A stretch of DNA of 61,880 nucleotides, filler included, from Tortispora ganteri (lineage: Eukaryota), in NCBI GenBank assembly GCA_003707115.1. It is 3 parts of 3 records of this genome, joined end to end, with 100 filler letters (N's around TTAATTAATTAA, not from the genome) between each part and the next. Parts side by side here need not be neighbours in the genome. Positions count along the whole stretch, not along the records: positions 1 to 23,144 come from PPNB01000044.1; positions 23,245 to 45,512 come from PPNB01000045.1; 1 more part is not named here. The stretch is one strand, 5' to 3'. Position 1 is the first letter of the stretch; the number at the start of each line of letters is the position of its first letter. A model generated the notes under the pieces. The model saw nothing but the letters and a program-made list of their open reading frames with translations, ran no database searches and was not told where the DNA came from. The position numbers were made by a program, and so were the translations under genes. Positions 22,092 through 33,420 of this stretch are shown piece after piece.

Positions 22092-23144
22092 ATTGTGCAA
22101 TAGACGGATGTCAGTGCAGTGGCTGCTTTAAAAACGCGGCCAAAAATGAGTTATATCCTTTTCGGAGAATTTTGTTTTTGTTTTCGATTCCTTTTATGTG
22201 GTTGTATGGGTTCCAAAACAAAAAGTGAGAGTTGTTCAGCTTTGTTTTAACGTTCCGCTCACTTAAGTTTTTGCCGCTTCAACTGGAGTCAAATGGACTT
22301 TATTCTTCTAGTACAAAGAAAAATTAATTCGGGGTCGGAATTTATGGATTATATGTACGATTTTCTTCTTCCACCGCACGGTATAATCTGAACGGGTGAC
22401 TAAAAAGAGAAAGTAAGAGATGTTTGCTTTAATGTGCAGAAAAAAAAGGGGGGTTGAAGGGGAAAAAAGGATGGTGTCGGGGCTTAACGTAATGACAACA
22501 AATACAGGCTCAGTTCGCAACACTTTAACCTTTCAATCCAAACAACCAATAGCTCAATTTATGTCAATTAAATTGCAAAAAATATCTTAAAGTAGACTGA
22601 ATCGATTCTAATATAATAAAAATCACTAACAAGCAGTAGTTGCTCGCAATGGGCGTCTAAAAAGTAGCCCGTCGTTAGCAATGGGTAGGTTTGCGGGCGC
22701 AAAGGTGTCTTCTGTCTGAAATTAAACGTCACTACACTATAGGGTAAGGGTTCTTTGCTACTCTACGACTCTGCTCTGTCGGCCGCAAATTACGAGCATA
22801 CTGGCACAAGTATGCTGCTAGTTGTTAATAGTCGTTACAAACTTTGCAAAAATCTTTATTACTATAGCTTGGTCCAGCTGAGCGGTTTATAAGCTGACTA
22901 TGTGAGTTATGCCCTTTCTGTGCGAGCCCTGGCCATCAGGGAAATTGTTGGAAGACGGTTGTCAAGGGCACAAGTCCCAAACCGTAAAATCTAGTACTAG
23001 TGCTTATTTTCCCAATCTCCTTTAAATAAAGTTGAACCCCGCTGAACAAAAGCAGTATGCTCCTGGGCTCTTCCGTATCAATCAGAAAGAACACGAATAG
23101 TTACTTTCTATTTAACTAATGGTGGGGTAATTGATCTTAATCAA

Positions 23145-23244
23145 NNNNNNNNNNNNNNNNNNNNNNNNNNNNNNNNNNNNNNNNNNNNTTAATTAATTAA
23201 NNNNNNNNNNNNNNNNNNNNNNNNNNNNNNNNNNNNNNNNNNNN
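23145..23244. other. artificial contig linker / assembly gap
   Basis: N44-TTAATTAATTAA-N44; the 12-mer has stops in all six frames. Confidence 0.97.
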
Positions 23245-23379
23245 ATGCTGGTCGGTTGTCTGTGGCATCATTCGTGGCCATCACTGTCGTTAGGGGGAGG
23301 AAAATACACAGAAAAAGGAGGGGGGGGGGGGGTTAAAAGCTTAAACGGTTTTTTATTACACCCCTATACACCGACGCCA

Positions 23380-26300
23380 ATGAAGGAACGTAGATGGGTC
23401 TATGTAACGGATGAACTTATAGATGACAAGAAAGATGGGTTTAATCAATTAACAAACTTAATAGATCAATTAATAGAATCAAATGATCAGTTGGAGATCA
23501 TATCAATCCTTTTTGAATGTGTTACGAGCTTGATTTTGGAGAGGATTGATGTAAAGACTATTGCTGATTTCTTTATTAATAATATAAATAAGAAATACGG
23601 ATCAACAACATTCGAGACCGATTTAATTGATGTAATTAGTTTTTTTGAAACTAATGAATCAATTATTATGCTTCTTAAAGCAGTTAAACTCGATCAGGAC
23701 CTACTCATAAAGTCTCTCAGTTTCGATACTTTAAAGGAATATAACCCCGCGATCGCTTCTCAGATCGTCAAAATAAACACAAACTTGAAATTTCGTCAGA
23801 AACGGTTTAACCTTTTACGTGAAGAGTCAGAAGGATACGCTAAATTCGCTACAACTATTCTCGATACCGCCGACAACGTTCGTACTGTCGGCACTGACAT
23901 GTACGACATCAAAGACGTATACAACAAAATACGTATCCATATAGGCTACTTCGATCTCGATCCTGTAAGGTGTTTAGACATCATTCTTGATATGTTCCTC
24001 TCTAATCTCGCACAACACACTTCATATTTCGTGCAGCTCCTCAAGGTGTCTGACTGGTGGCCTAAGACACCTTACACTTCTAGTTCGTTCGATGATCTTA
24101 CTCGTCCGCCCTCTGACGACTCTGCAACACCGACCAAAGTGCTCTTGTTTCTCTGCGACCGCTCCTTGAAACGCTCCCCATCGCCTCCCGTAACGGTCTT
24201 CTTGGCGTTGCTGGTTAAAATCGGGTTTGTATCTTTCTACACTGCCTGGAACTTCATCTGCCCAGACGACACAGTGCTCCAGCAGAAACTCCTCTTAGAG
24301 TACCAGGAAACGCTCGAAGACCGCCGAAAACAGTCATCAACATTTTCCGCACTCGCAATGGCTGCACCTCTCGCAGACGAAGATAATGAGAACAACAACG
24401 ACAAACAACAGAAAGGCAGCTTAGCCACATCCATTGACGAAAGTAAGGATCAAAACTCTTCCGCTGAAAACACCCAAGATACTGTCGATATTTCTGTTTC
24501 TAAAGTCAAAGAATTCTGTGCTGCTCTCCTGTCAGTTGGGGCATACTGGGAATCCATGTATATACTGTCAAAATTTCAAAACTTGCCCTACGTCTCCTCA
24601 TCAGTGTCACTGAACATAGCAAGAATGTCTAACGCTCTCCTGGAACCTCTTTTGACAGATTCATTTGTGCTCGACCTTAAACCTGCCCACAAACCAGATA
24701 CCAAACTCATATCGGCACCGCGCTTAACAATAGGCGACAGCCCGGTGGCATTCAGCAACGACGGAGGGTTCTTTTATTCTGACTGGAAACACGGTATTCC
24801 ACAAATAAGGTCTCTAGACGAATTCAACAAATTTTACACGCCTTTTCTCAAACTTGCAGGTATCTCTCTCGGCTGCTCTCCCATTGCGTTGTCGAAACTG
24901 TGTCGCTGCATAGCCAAGTTTATCGAAAACGAGCAAGACGCAAAAGACGACATGTTCAGATATATTCGCACGTATATTGCAATTCCTTATTGTGCTGCAG
25001 AAGGTAGTTTTCAACTGGCTGAAGAATTCTACAAATGCTTGTCGTTTTACTCCTTTGAACAGCGGTTCTCTTTCTACGGAGAATGGATGAATTCTATTGC
25101 CAAAAACAACGAAAATGTCCAAATTATTCATGATAAAGCCGTCAAAGATACCAAATCTTTGTTGAAACGACTCTCAACCACAAACATGACAGAAATGAGT
25201 CGCAAACTGGCAGTAGTATCCTATTCAAACCCCGTCTCTGTCTTCAATGTTATTGTCTCACAGGTAGAGAGCTATGATAACTTGGCTGATCTGATCGTAC
25301 AAACTTCAGAGTCTTTTAGTAACATGGATTTTGATGTTTTGACGTTTGTGATCTTGTCAAACCTCTCTTCGGGCCGAAATAAAATGCAAGGAGATGGAAT
25401 GCGACAACGTAAATGGCTGCAGTCTCTTGCATCTTTTTATGGCAAGCTCATAAAAAACTCTTCAGCTCTTGACCCATTACCTGTACTACTCTACATCCTC
25501 AAGCAGCTAGTTAACAATGACACTGGAGAACTGTTAATCATGCAAGAACTCATAGAGAACACTACTAGCGTCTCAACGAACAGAGACTACAATGACGCTC
25601 AGTTTAATGCATTGTCAGGCGACATATTCTTAAGAATGGTCTCTTTATACGCTGGGGCCAGCTCAGCTACAATCAATAGAATACTTTCAGCCCTAGAGTT
25701 CGACAATATCGCTGTACAGCTTACTATCCAACTGTGTCGTCTGACTGACTCGGTCATATTCTCTGACAGCCAATCAACTGTCTTCACAAAAATTCAGTCG
25801 ACAAGGCACGATGATATACAGGCGACATTGTGTCAACTGCTGGAGGTCTTGGAACTCCGTGCAGGCATTAAGCAGGAGAGAATCGAGTTCCCGGATTTGC
25901 AAAGCCTCTTGAACGATTATGGTCTCTCATTTATGACCGCATTAGTTGCTGCCCGGGCCAAGTATAAAAGTGACTGGCTAGCTGAAGAACTCAGCTTGCA
26001 TAAGCCTGTGAGAAAGAGAGGTCGAGGGTCTATAAAATCAACAACGTCTTCTTTGGGTTCTACAGCAGTGGCTGGTTTAGCACCTCTGTTATTTCCCGAA
26101 GCCGAGTTTGAATATTTTGGTACACTTCCACTCATGGGTTTCTGGTTACTCAAGTCCTCCGATATTGAAATACCCGATGCTTGTTATGAAGAAGCTGTGC
26201 TGAAATTAAATAAGCAAATGGAAGTATTGAAATCGCAGTATGATTCAGGAAATGCTTCTTTAGAAGAAATCGAGGAACTAGGACGGAAACAAGCAAATGT

Positions 26301-27498
26301 CGTGAAGGAGAAGCAAGATGCAGTACATAACACGGAATCTTGCCGTGCAAAATTGGAAGCTTTAAAGGACGACTTTTTTAAACAGGCGCCCAAGGGCGTG
26401 TCATCCGTTATCTTTCGAAGACATCAAGTCAAAATCTTTATCGCTCATCACATTTTCCGCCGGGCTAGCTTTTCTATGGCGGATGGCATCTACTGCGCTA
26501 AATTTGCACGAGTGTTAGCTGAGATTGGCGTGACTAACTTTTCACTGCTGCAGTATTTTGATGAAGTATTTGCCCAAAATTCACTTCTCTGGATGATACG
26601 CTCCAGCACGATCGACGAGGCAGATGCTTTTGGAGTTTTCCTCAAATACACATTGGACGAGATAGTGAGATTGGTGAATATTGATGAAGAAAATTTCGAG
26701 GAAGAAGCTAGTGTTAAATTGAATATTTTATGGAACAGCGAAGATGAAACCGACCGACTAAAGCGTTCAGATTTCTTGAAGTTGGTGTATCGATGGAATG
26801 TGAATCTGACAAATGCTTTCAGCGATGCGTTTAAAAGCTATTCGTACATCAATATTCGCAATGGCATAAGCATTTTGAGACGGATTTCAGGAATGTTTCC
26901 CGTAATTACTTGGCACGGAGACCTAATACTGGAAAGTCTCAAGGGATTATCCGAGAATGAGACTCGTGAAGATCTCAAACTTGCAGCATCGGCTCTACAG
27001 AGCCTGATAGGAAGCGGAAAGAGCAAATGGAAGACTTCAGTAGAGTTCCAAAACTCCAAAGATCCGCTCGCGCCCGAGAACGACGAAATCCGGCCCATGG
27101 AGGTCGACAAGTCTGCTGAGGACATTGAAGAAGAGGTAGACAAGTCTAAAGATGAACTTGTGGCATACACGGTGAATGTTGGCAACCGAACTCGGCGGCC
27201 TGTGACGAGAAGAGGTTACGATGATGTCATTGGTACGCTGAATTATGGAGATGATGATTTCAGCGTACCCAAAGAGGAGCCCAAGGAGGAGTCCAAGGAG
27301 GAGCCCAAGGAGGAGCCCAAGGAGGAGTCCAAGGAGGAGCCCAAGGAGGAGTCCAAGGAGGAGCCCATGGAAGAACAAGAGGAGAGCTCCAAGGAGGAGC
27401 CAGAAGACGAGGCTAACGAGGATAGTGCCAATAAGCGCAAGCGCAATGATACAGTAACGAGTGAGCTTTCTACTAAACGACGAAAGAGTGAGAGATAA
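23380..27498 (+). CDS. THO2: THO complex subunit 2
   Basis: RQKRFNLLREESEGYAK, IGYFDLDPVRCLDIILD, ALAMAAPL, QVESYDNL, WLQSLASF, REDLKLAA; probable ATG 23380. Confidence 0.92.
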   Translation: MKERRWVYVTDELIDDKKDGFNQLTNLIDQLIESNDQLEIISILFECVTSLILERIDVKTIADFFINNINKKYGSTTFETDLIDVISFFETNESIIMLLKAVKLDQDLLIKSLSFDTLKEYNPAIASQIVKINTNLKFRQKRFNLLREESEGYAKFATTILDTADNVRTVGTDMYDIKDVYNKIRIHIGYFDLDPVRCLDIILDMFLSNLAQHTSYFVQLLKVSDWWPKTPYTSSSFDDLTRPPSDDSATPTKVLLFLCDRSLKRSPSPPVTVFLALLVKIGFVSFYTAWNFICPDDTVLQQKLLLEYQETLEDRRKQSSTFSALAMAAPLADEDNENNNDKQQKGSLATSIDESKDQNSSAENTQDTVDISVSKVKEFCAALLSVGAYWESMYILSKFQNLPYVSSSVSLNIARMSNALLEPLLTDSFVLDLKPAHKPDTKLISAPRLTIGDSPVAFSNDGGFFYSDWKHGIPQIRSLDEFNKFYTPFLKLAGISLGCSPIALSKLCRCIAKFIENEQDAKDDMFRYIRTYIAIPYCAAEGSFQLAEEFYKCLSFYSFEQRFSFYGEWMNSIAKNNENVQIIHDKAVKDTKSLLKRLSTTNMTEMSRKLAVVSYSNPVSVFNVIVSQVESYDNLADLIVQTSESFSNMDFDVLTFVILSNLSSGRNKMQGDGMRQRKWLQSLASFYGKLIKNSSALDPLPVLLYILKQLVNNDTGELLIMQELIENTTSVSTNRDYNDAQFNALSGDIFLRMVSLYAGASSATINRILSALEFDNIAVQLTIQLCRLTDSVIFSDSQSTVFTKIQSTRHDDIQATLCQLLEVLELRAGIKQERIEFPDLQSLLNDYGLSFMTALVAARAKYKSDWLAEELSLHKPVRKRGRGSIKSTTSSLGSTAVAGLAPLLFPEAEFEYFGTLPLMGFWLLKSSDIEIPDACYEEAVLKLNKQMEVLKSQYDSGNASLEEIEELGRKQANVVKEKQDAVHNTESCRAKLEALKDDFFKQAPKGVSSVIFRRHQVKIFIAHHIFRRASFSMADGIYCAKFARVLAEIGVTNFSLLQYFDEVFAQNSLLWMIRSSTIDEADAFGVFLKYTLDEIVRLVNIDEENFEEEASVKLNILWNSEDETDRLKRSDFLKLVYRWNVNLTNAFSDAFKSYSYINIRNGISILRRISGMFPVITWHGDLILESLKGLSENETREDLKLAASALQSLIGSGKSKWKTSVEFQNSKDPLAPENDEIRPMEVDKSAEDIEEEVDKSKDELVAYTVNVGNRTRRPVTRRGYDDVIGTLNYGDDDFSVPKEEPKEESKEEPKEEPKEESKEEPKEESKEEPMEEQEESSKEEPEDEANEDSANKRKRNDTVTSELSTKRRKSER
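27274..27369 (+). repeat. 12-bp coding minisatellite GAGGAG(C/T)CCAAG x8 (EEPK/EESK)
   Basis: eight tandem units in the THO2 C-terminal tail (last one ends ATG). Confidence 0.95.
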
Positions 27499-28224
27499 GA
27501 TGCGCGTTATTGTAGCGCATGTTGCTCATGATTGAAAGCTTATATTAGAATGTTCAACGGTTTCACGCAGAAAAGAATTACGCATGCCGGAATACGTAGA
27601 GATAGATTCACGCGAGACCAGATAATGAAGTCAATTTTTTAACATGTACAGGAATAAGCAGCGGCCGTATTCATGATTAATTGATACTGGACAATGATTG
27701 GGTCGAGTCAATATGAACGAATAGCAGCCCAAAACGAGCTAAGCTACCCCAGACTAATATTATCATTTCATTGATAACAACCTAGCTGGATGATAATGAG
27801 TTTAGAGAAGTTAGTTAGCCTGTTCCGGTATAGTTACTACTTTGCAGTCTAACGGAGAAGAGTGGTAGGCGACTATACCGCGCTGTTAAAGACAAAATTC
27901 AGGTGCCACACAGTTATAGATGAAAGTGAATCTAAAAGCGAGAGCAGATGCGCATCTTTGTAATAGACTTTCAACGCATGATTTGTATAGTAGATATCAT
28001 GAATGTGTAAAAGAAATAATTAGCGCATTAGGCAACTAGAATAACATTATCATCGGTGAGCAGCAAGATTGCTTAAACGAGTCTCCTGGCAAATGAGGTT
28101 TGGTGACATAGAAGCTTAACAAGGATAGCTAGATTCAATCAAATGATCCAAAAAACAAAGTCATCAGCCGGCGAAGAGAATAGAGTTTTCTGCGAGCGCT
28201 GGTAGTACCAGTGTTATCACGGAT

Positions 28225-28264
28225 AGCGAATGGCGAATGGAGAACGGCGAACGGCGAACGGCAG
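28225..28264 (+). repeat. 7-bp tandem repeat GGCGAA(C/T), about 5.5 units
   Basis: AGCGAAT GGCGAAT GGAGAAC GGCGAAC GGCGAAC GGCAG. Confidence 0.8.
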
Positions 28265-30566
28265 TCAACTAGCGGGAAATGTAACATAGGAAGAAACTAG
28301 AGCACATGAAAGAGACAAAAGCAGATTAAGCAAAGAATATTTTTTGTTTATACCGCGGTGTGCTTAATTAATTAACTGCAGCACAAGAACAAAGACAAGC
28401 TTAAGTACGATTCATTAAAGTTAGTCGGCTAAGAGCACTATTGATGCCGTTTAATTTGTTGTGGGACAACAGGAGCATAAACCACAAGTAGACGACTTGT
28501 CTGGCCGCGTGTTAAGTTTAAGATTTGCCTGAACTTATATTTCCATTTAATAGTGATTGCTTTGTTTTAGAATGACCTAACTGTTTTACTTTATACGCTC
28601 CCAAGAACAACAATCAGGGGGAATCGGAATGTTTTGGAATCGGGGCAATAGTGTTCCGTCTGGTATAGCAGTACTAGCAAGTATATGTTCCCAAACCACA
28701 GTAATAACAACACTATAGGCACTAAAATTCTGACCCTAGGGTGATAATTGAGTAGCAAGTGCTATACATGCCCACCATAGATTATACTAAAATGAAAGTA
28801 AATGTCTTAAATGTTTAAATAGCACGTTGCAAGAAAACATAGTAGCATACTAGTGACACATGTTTCCTCTATGTTGTACTCGGAAGTTAAAAATGCAAGG
28901 GTAAGATTTTCGCACATCATAACTTTACATAGTTACATAACTCTAAACGACAAACTCTAACTTTGCTTTCTCCTATTGACATATGTTGGCGTTGACGACA
29001 TTGTTTAGTACTCCATTTCTTCCAACAGACGAATGAGGATCCCCTAATTAGTACAATTTCAGAGGTCTGTTTACAAAAAAGCGGCCACGGTGTCTTAGAA
29101 AACTGGTAAACACTTTATTATGTGGTACCGTACGGTGCCATATGGTGAGGCGCGGTCAGGCAAATTTTGTGGCAAATCGCGTGTACTTGGCAGACAGCCG
29201 CCATACAATTGCTTTCTATATTTACGAAGTAAATGCAGGAGGAATATTTAGTTCTTAGCGCACTTTGTAACGTCGATTCTGGCGCTGGGACTAGAAGAAA
29301 CTGAAGCCTATCACCGATTGTAATCAATGCTATTACATGATACTCTTTACGAACAACTCTAACTTTATCTTGGTAAAATGCACGGGATCAGGCATGATTG
29401 TTATTTCCGAAGTGAGTAGTTGTTATCGTATCATATTAATCAAATGACCGCGATGGATCAAATGGCTATATACTGAATAATGTACTCGCTGATATGCGTA
29501 TTGTTAGGTGCTCGGCATCGAATTGCAAATATTAACAATAACGGCCGTCACTCTGGCGCTAATAACGAAGAGAGCAGTCTGCTCTCTTTAATTTAGAGTA
29601 CTCCCTAAAGCATATCAGCAGAACAAAGCTTATTATATTTCAGCTTAATTTTCCAAATACAGTTTAATTCGCTAATGTTGTTTTTTTTGGGTATACCAAT
29701 GTTGCCCACTCTTGTCCCGTTGTTTCGAAATTGATCTACCATCGCGAAGCGGGTTGCTGCAACACTGGACCTTCGCGAACAAAAGACATTCAAATATATA
29801 AATTCGCTATAATCTGATAATGGATGATCGCTATCACAATCGCTCGGTAACTTAAAAATACACTCAGGGGATCTTTTGGTTAAGCTAAAATCTTTAAATA
29901 CTCTAAATGTATAGTATCTCATTGGGGTTTAATGGTTCGGAATTTAAGTTTGTGGTTCTCAATTACTCTGGGCTGTTCGAACCTCACACACACTAAATAT
30001 TGGACCACATACTTTCTTTATCTTCCGTCTATTATTTAATTCCTCTCTATTTTTTATTTCGCCATATATTCTCTGCAGCTTTTGTTATCTTTTCTCATCG
30101 ATTTCACGCTGACCATATCAAAGACCGTTCTTTGATTTCGCTGGTAACCTTGCGCGAAACTAAACTCAGCTGCACATTTGGTGGCCTTTTATTACTTATA
30201 TACCCCCTCTACTATTTGTTCGCCTTCTCAATAGGTTATCCTTCGTCATATACCATATAATAATCACATACACTGAAACTTCTCGCACTTGAATTACAGC
30301 AAGTTCATATCGCAAACCTCTTTCAATCAAACTTGACGTTGCATTCAACTTCGGCAATCAACAAACGCGCCCTGTATACTTTAGTTTGCAGTCCTCTTAC
30401 TCAATAAGCTGAAAACCCGTCCCACTGATCTTTTGGTTTCTTCTATTGTTGATAACCGCTCGCTGTACATTTATCCTTTATTTGACAGCTATTCGCTCTT
30501 ACTTAAACATTTCTTAGAGCACCACAATCTGGCCTTTCACGTGTCTGTTAATGCCATTATATCGTG

Positions 30567-32318
30567 ATGTCTATGTCCTTAAGTAACACAGCACAACATA
30601 ATGCGCCAACTGACCCTGCAGAGTTGCAATCTTCCGCTGAAAATAATCCACAATCGAGTCGCGCAAGCAGGAGTAATAGTAATAGCCAGCTTGCCGATGA
30701 CCAAAATGACCGCAAACAAACCTTAGATCATCCAGACTCCTCTGAAGAGATCGACATCTCGTCTGTTTCTTCCGACAGATCTGCACGTTCTTCGTCCTCG
30801 AATGCCAGTTCCCCTACAGATAATAATACCTCAGCGCAACCGTTTCAAATCCGCCCTCAAGGACGGCCGTATTCCCAGGAAATGATCGTCCGCTTCGTTC
30901 ACTGCTCTTCTCTGGAGTCCGCCTACCGTTCCCAGGAACGACGCGGCGACCACCTGACCAACGTCGCCCAGTTCAATACAAGTGATCGTTATGTTGAAGG
31001 TATACCCGCTTTCAACACCATAAATGAGGCTTTGAAGGAGTTCTACAAATTGGACAAATTCCTCCTCGTCAAGGTTATCCGTTCATCCGCACGAAACAAG
31101 AAGCACGAACTATATTCATCGTCTTCTTCTGGCTCAATATGCAGGATGGAGACAATCGTTCCTCCAGAAATATGTTCAGCCGAGTTCGTCAAGAGGAACG
31201 TAGTGTACCCGCGATATAAGGCGTACATGAAGATTATAGTACTCGACTATCCGAAAAACGCAAACCCAAAGCAAGTTCTTTATGCCGACCCCGTGACATA
31301 CCACTACGACTCGGTGCACGGAAACCTGCCTGGAGATGACACAAAAATTATCAAAAATTTTGAAGATAGCCCCACTCTTATTTCGCAATATGCTGCGAAA
31401 GCCCAACAACAGAGAGACAATTCAATAAGACCTATTGCGCCGATGGCTGGTGGCATGAGCCACTGGCCAAACGCTCATGGAATATCGCCAACGGATGAAT
31501 ATGACAGGCGGATGACGCATGCTGATATGAATTCCACTGTTCATGAGTACATGGCTCCAGGTCAGCCGAGTGCGCCATGGAATTCAGCGTTTGTCGGCTA
31601 CCCTACACTTGCCCCCCCTAGCCATATATCACATATGCCCCCAGCTGCTCATGGAGCGCCATCTGGTATGGCACCTCCGCACGCTGTGCCTTCCTACCAT
31701 CCAGGATACGTGCCGTATCCTGGGCACGAATTCAACTACCTGCATCCAGAAAGTGTACCCAACCGAACTGGCTATCCTCCTGATAGGCACAGTGCAAAGG
31801 CTGGCTATTACATGCATCCACAAGCGTACTCTGAGTACTACCCTAATAGATATCCTCAGTACTTTATTCCACAAAGGTATCAGGCTAAAGCGGTACCGGC
31901 AGTGCCGGCAACGCCAGCCGCTTCTTCTGGATGGTACTACCAGTACGGTGTCCCCATGCAACAAATGGGGCAGGTCAATCACAGTTCAGGACCTCAAGCG
32001 TCAGTCCAGCCTATAGTTACTATTCCTCGCCAAACAGCGGACAGTGTAAAAGAATGCGATCATATGCATTCGCAGTCTTTCAGGTATCCTAATGCTGGCG
32101 ATGCTAGTTCTGAAAATGGGCAACAGCGAGAGGGCGAGTTTGAACACCGCAGACTTGACGAGACCAATCCGCCCCCTAGTACAAGCGTTACAAAGGCTGA
32201 ATTTCTCGCAACATTAGGATCATCGCAAGACAAGAAGATGCAAACGGAGTTGCTCACTGAAGATTCGACGCAGCAGGAACGACTTCCAAGCATCGGCTCA
32301 CTAATCAATAAGCCGTGA
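30567..32318 (+). CDS. uncharacterised protein with regulator-like architecture
   Basis: Ser-rich N-terminus, roughly 150-aa ordered basic/hydrophobic domain, Pro/Tyr/His/Gln-rich low-complexity C-terminus ending RLPSIGSLI; family not recognised. Confidence 0.8.
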   Translation: MSMSLSNTAQHNAPTDPAELQSSAENNPQSSRASRSNSNSQLADDQNDRKQTLDHPDSSEEIDISSVSSDRSARSSSSNASSPTDNNTSAQPFQIRPQGRPYSQEMIVRFVHCSSLESAYRSQERRGDHLTNVAQFNTSDRYVEGIPAFNTINEALKEFYKLDKFLLVKVIRSSARNKKHELYSSSSSGSICRMETIVPPEICSAEFVKRNVVYPRYKAYMKIIVLDYPKNANPKQVLYADPVTYHYDSVHGNLPGDDTKIIKNFEDSPTLISQYAAKAQQQRDNSIRPIAPMAGGMSHWPNAHGISPTDEYDRRMTHADMNSTVHEYMAPGQPSAPWNSAFVGYPTLAPPSHISHMPPAAHGAPSGMAPPHAVPSYHPGYVPYPGHEFNYLHPESVPNRTGYPPDRHSAKAGYYMHPQAYSEYYPNRYPQYFIPQRYQAKAVPAVPATPAASSGWYYQYGVPMQQMGQVNHSSGPQASVQPIVTIPRQTADSVKECDHMHSQSFRYPNAGDASSENGQQREGEFEHRRLDETNPPPSTSVTKAEFLATLGSSQDKKMQTELLTEDSTQQERLPSIGSLINKP

Positions 32319-32840
32319 AAAGCGATATCATGGGCGATGCACTGTGCCAGTGTATAATTGGGTGACTTTACTTTCTGTTGTTCTGTTTTGTATTGGTTGT
32401 GGAAGGGGCGGAATCCGGCGTTTGCTTCCCAGTGTTTCGCTAGCGCTGCATTTCAGTCATTTCACATCTGTTCTCTGTATTTTGTTTGTATAATAAAGCG
32501 TTACGAGCCCGCTTCTGTTAGTTTTACTAGTCTTATGAGCAATTTCTTGCAAGTTCATATAAGATTAATTTGCTTTTCGGGATATTTTAATCACATGTAG
32601 TTTTGTGAAAGAAGAAAAACGCCATAGCGTATTCCACAAAAGCCGTAGTCGCTTATTGCAGCAGTCTCGTCTATAGTATAGTAGTATATTATACCATTGT
32701 CAGTGCCAGAGCGATATGTTTATGGTAAATATTTATTATATATATTCTAATAAGAGTTAGAGTAATCGTAAAAAGTGTATTAGCCGCAAAAAGTTTAATT
32801 GGAGATGGGTTTATATAGTGTCTGCGGAATTAGTAAGGTT

Positions 32841-32934
32841 GAGAATTTGGCCGAGTGGTTAAGGCGTCAGGTTTAGGCTACGCTTAAGAACCCTGATATC
32901 TTCGGATGCGCGAGTTCGAATCTCGTGATTCTCA
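32841..32934 (+). tRNA. tRNA-Leu(UAG) with 13-nt intron (32878-32890)
   Basis: acceptor GAGAATT/GATTCTC, A box TGGCCGAGTGG, anticodon stem TCAGG/CCTGA with TAG 32874-76, long variable arm, B box GTTCGAATC, downstream poly-T. Confidence 0.95.
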
Positions 32935-33096
32935 TACATCCGTCTTTTTTTTTTTTGTAGCTATTTTTGTTTATAAAATATGTAGATATTATATATATCA
33001 ATACACACATATATACGCGTATTTATAATAGTACAAATGCAAATACATTATTATCGTAATGTTAGTTGAGCGGACTCTCAAGCTGCGATTGACGCG

Positions 33097-33420
33097 TTAC
33101 ACAGGATCGCGTAAGTTATTCGTGGATTCAAGATGAAATTGGATATTGCGCATGTAACTAAGCCATATACGCGAAGTGAGCTCAATATCGAGATTTTGTC
33201 TGTTAATAGTCTGTTTGTTAGTATGTAGAGCATGTCAAGATCGTAGTATAAAGGGTACTTACCTCTATCATTCTGTTAAGTTCTGTTAGTGACTCATTTA
33301 ATTTGTCCTAGAAGTTAGTAATTGGTTGTATTTAAATATAGTATCTGTATTTGTACATACAATATTTGAAGCAATGCGGACAAGAATTGCATTTTGAACA
33401 GTTTCATGAGGGTTCTCCAT
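33097..33420 (-). CDS. DAD4: DASH complex subunit Dad4, 72 aa; exons 33420-33361, 33307-33263, 33210-33097
   Basis: introns GTATGT..TACTAAC..TAG (53 nt) and GTAAGT..TACTAAC..CAG (52 nt); spliced MENPHETVQNAILVRIASNIDKLNESLTELNRMIETINRQNLDIELTSRIWLSYMRNIQFHLESTNNLRDPV. Confidence 0.95.

Noticed and set aside
23145..23379. N-terminal extension of THO2 from ATG 23245, and linkage across the linkers
   Set aside because: The ATG abuts an artificial linker and runs through a poly-G promoter-like tract; adjacency across both linkers is unproven.
28364..28375. TTAATTAATTAA identical to the linker core
   Set aside because: No flanking Ns; plausible by chance in AT-rich DNA.
33255..33264. TACTTACCT resembling the U1 snRNA 5' end
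   Set aside because: It is the reverse complement of the DAD4 intron 2 donor.
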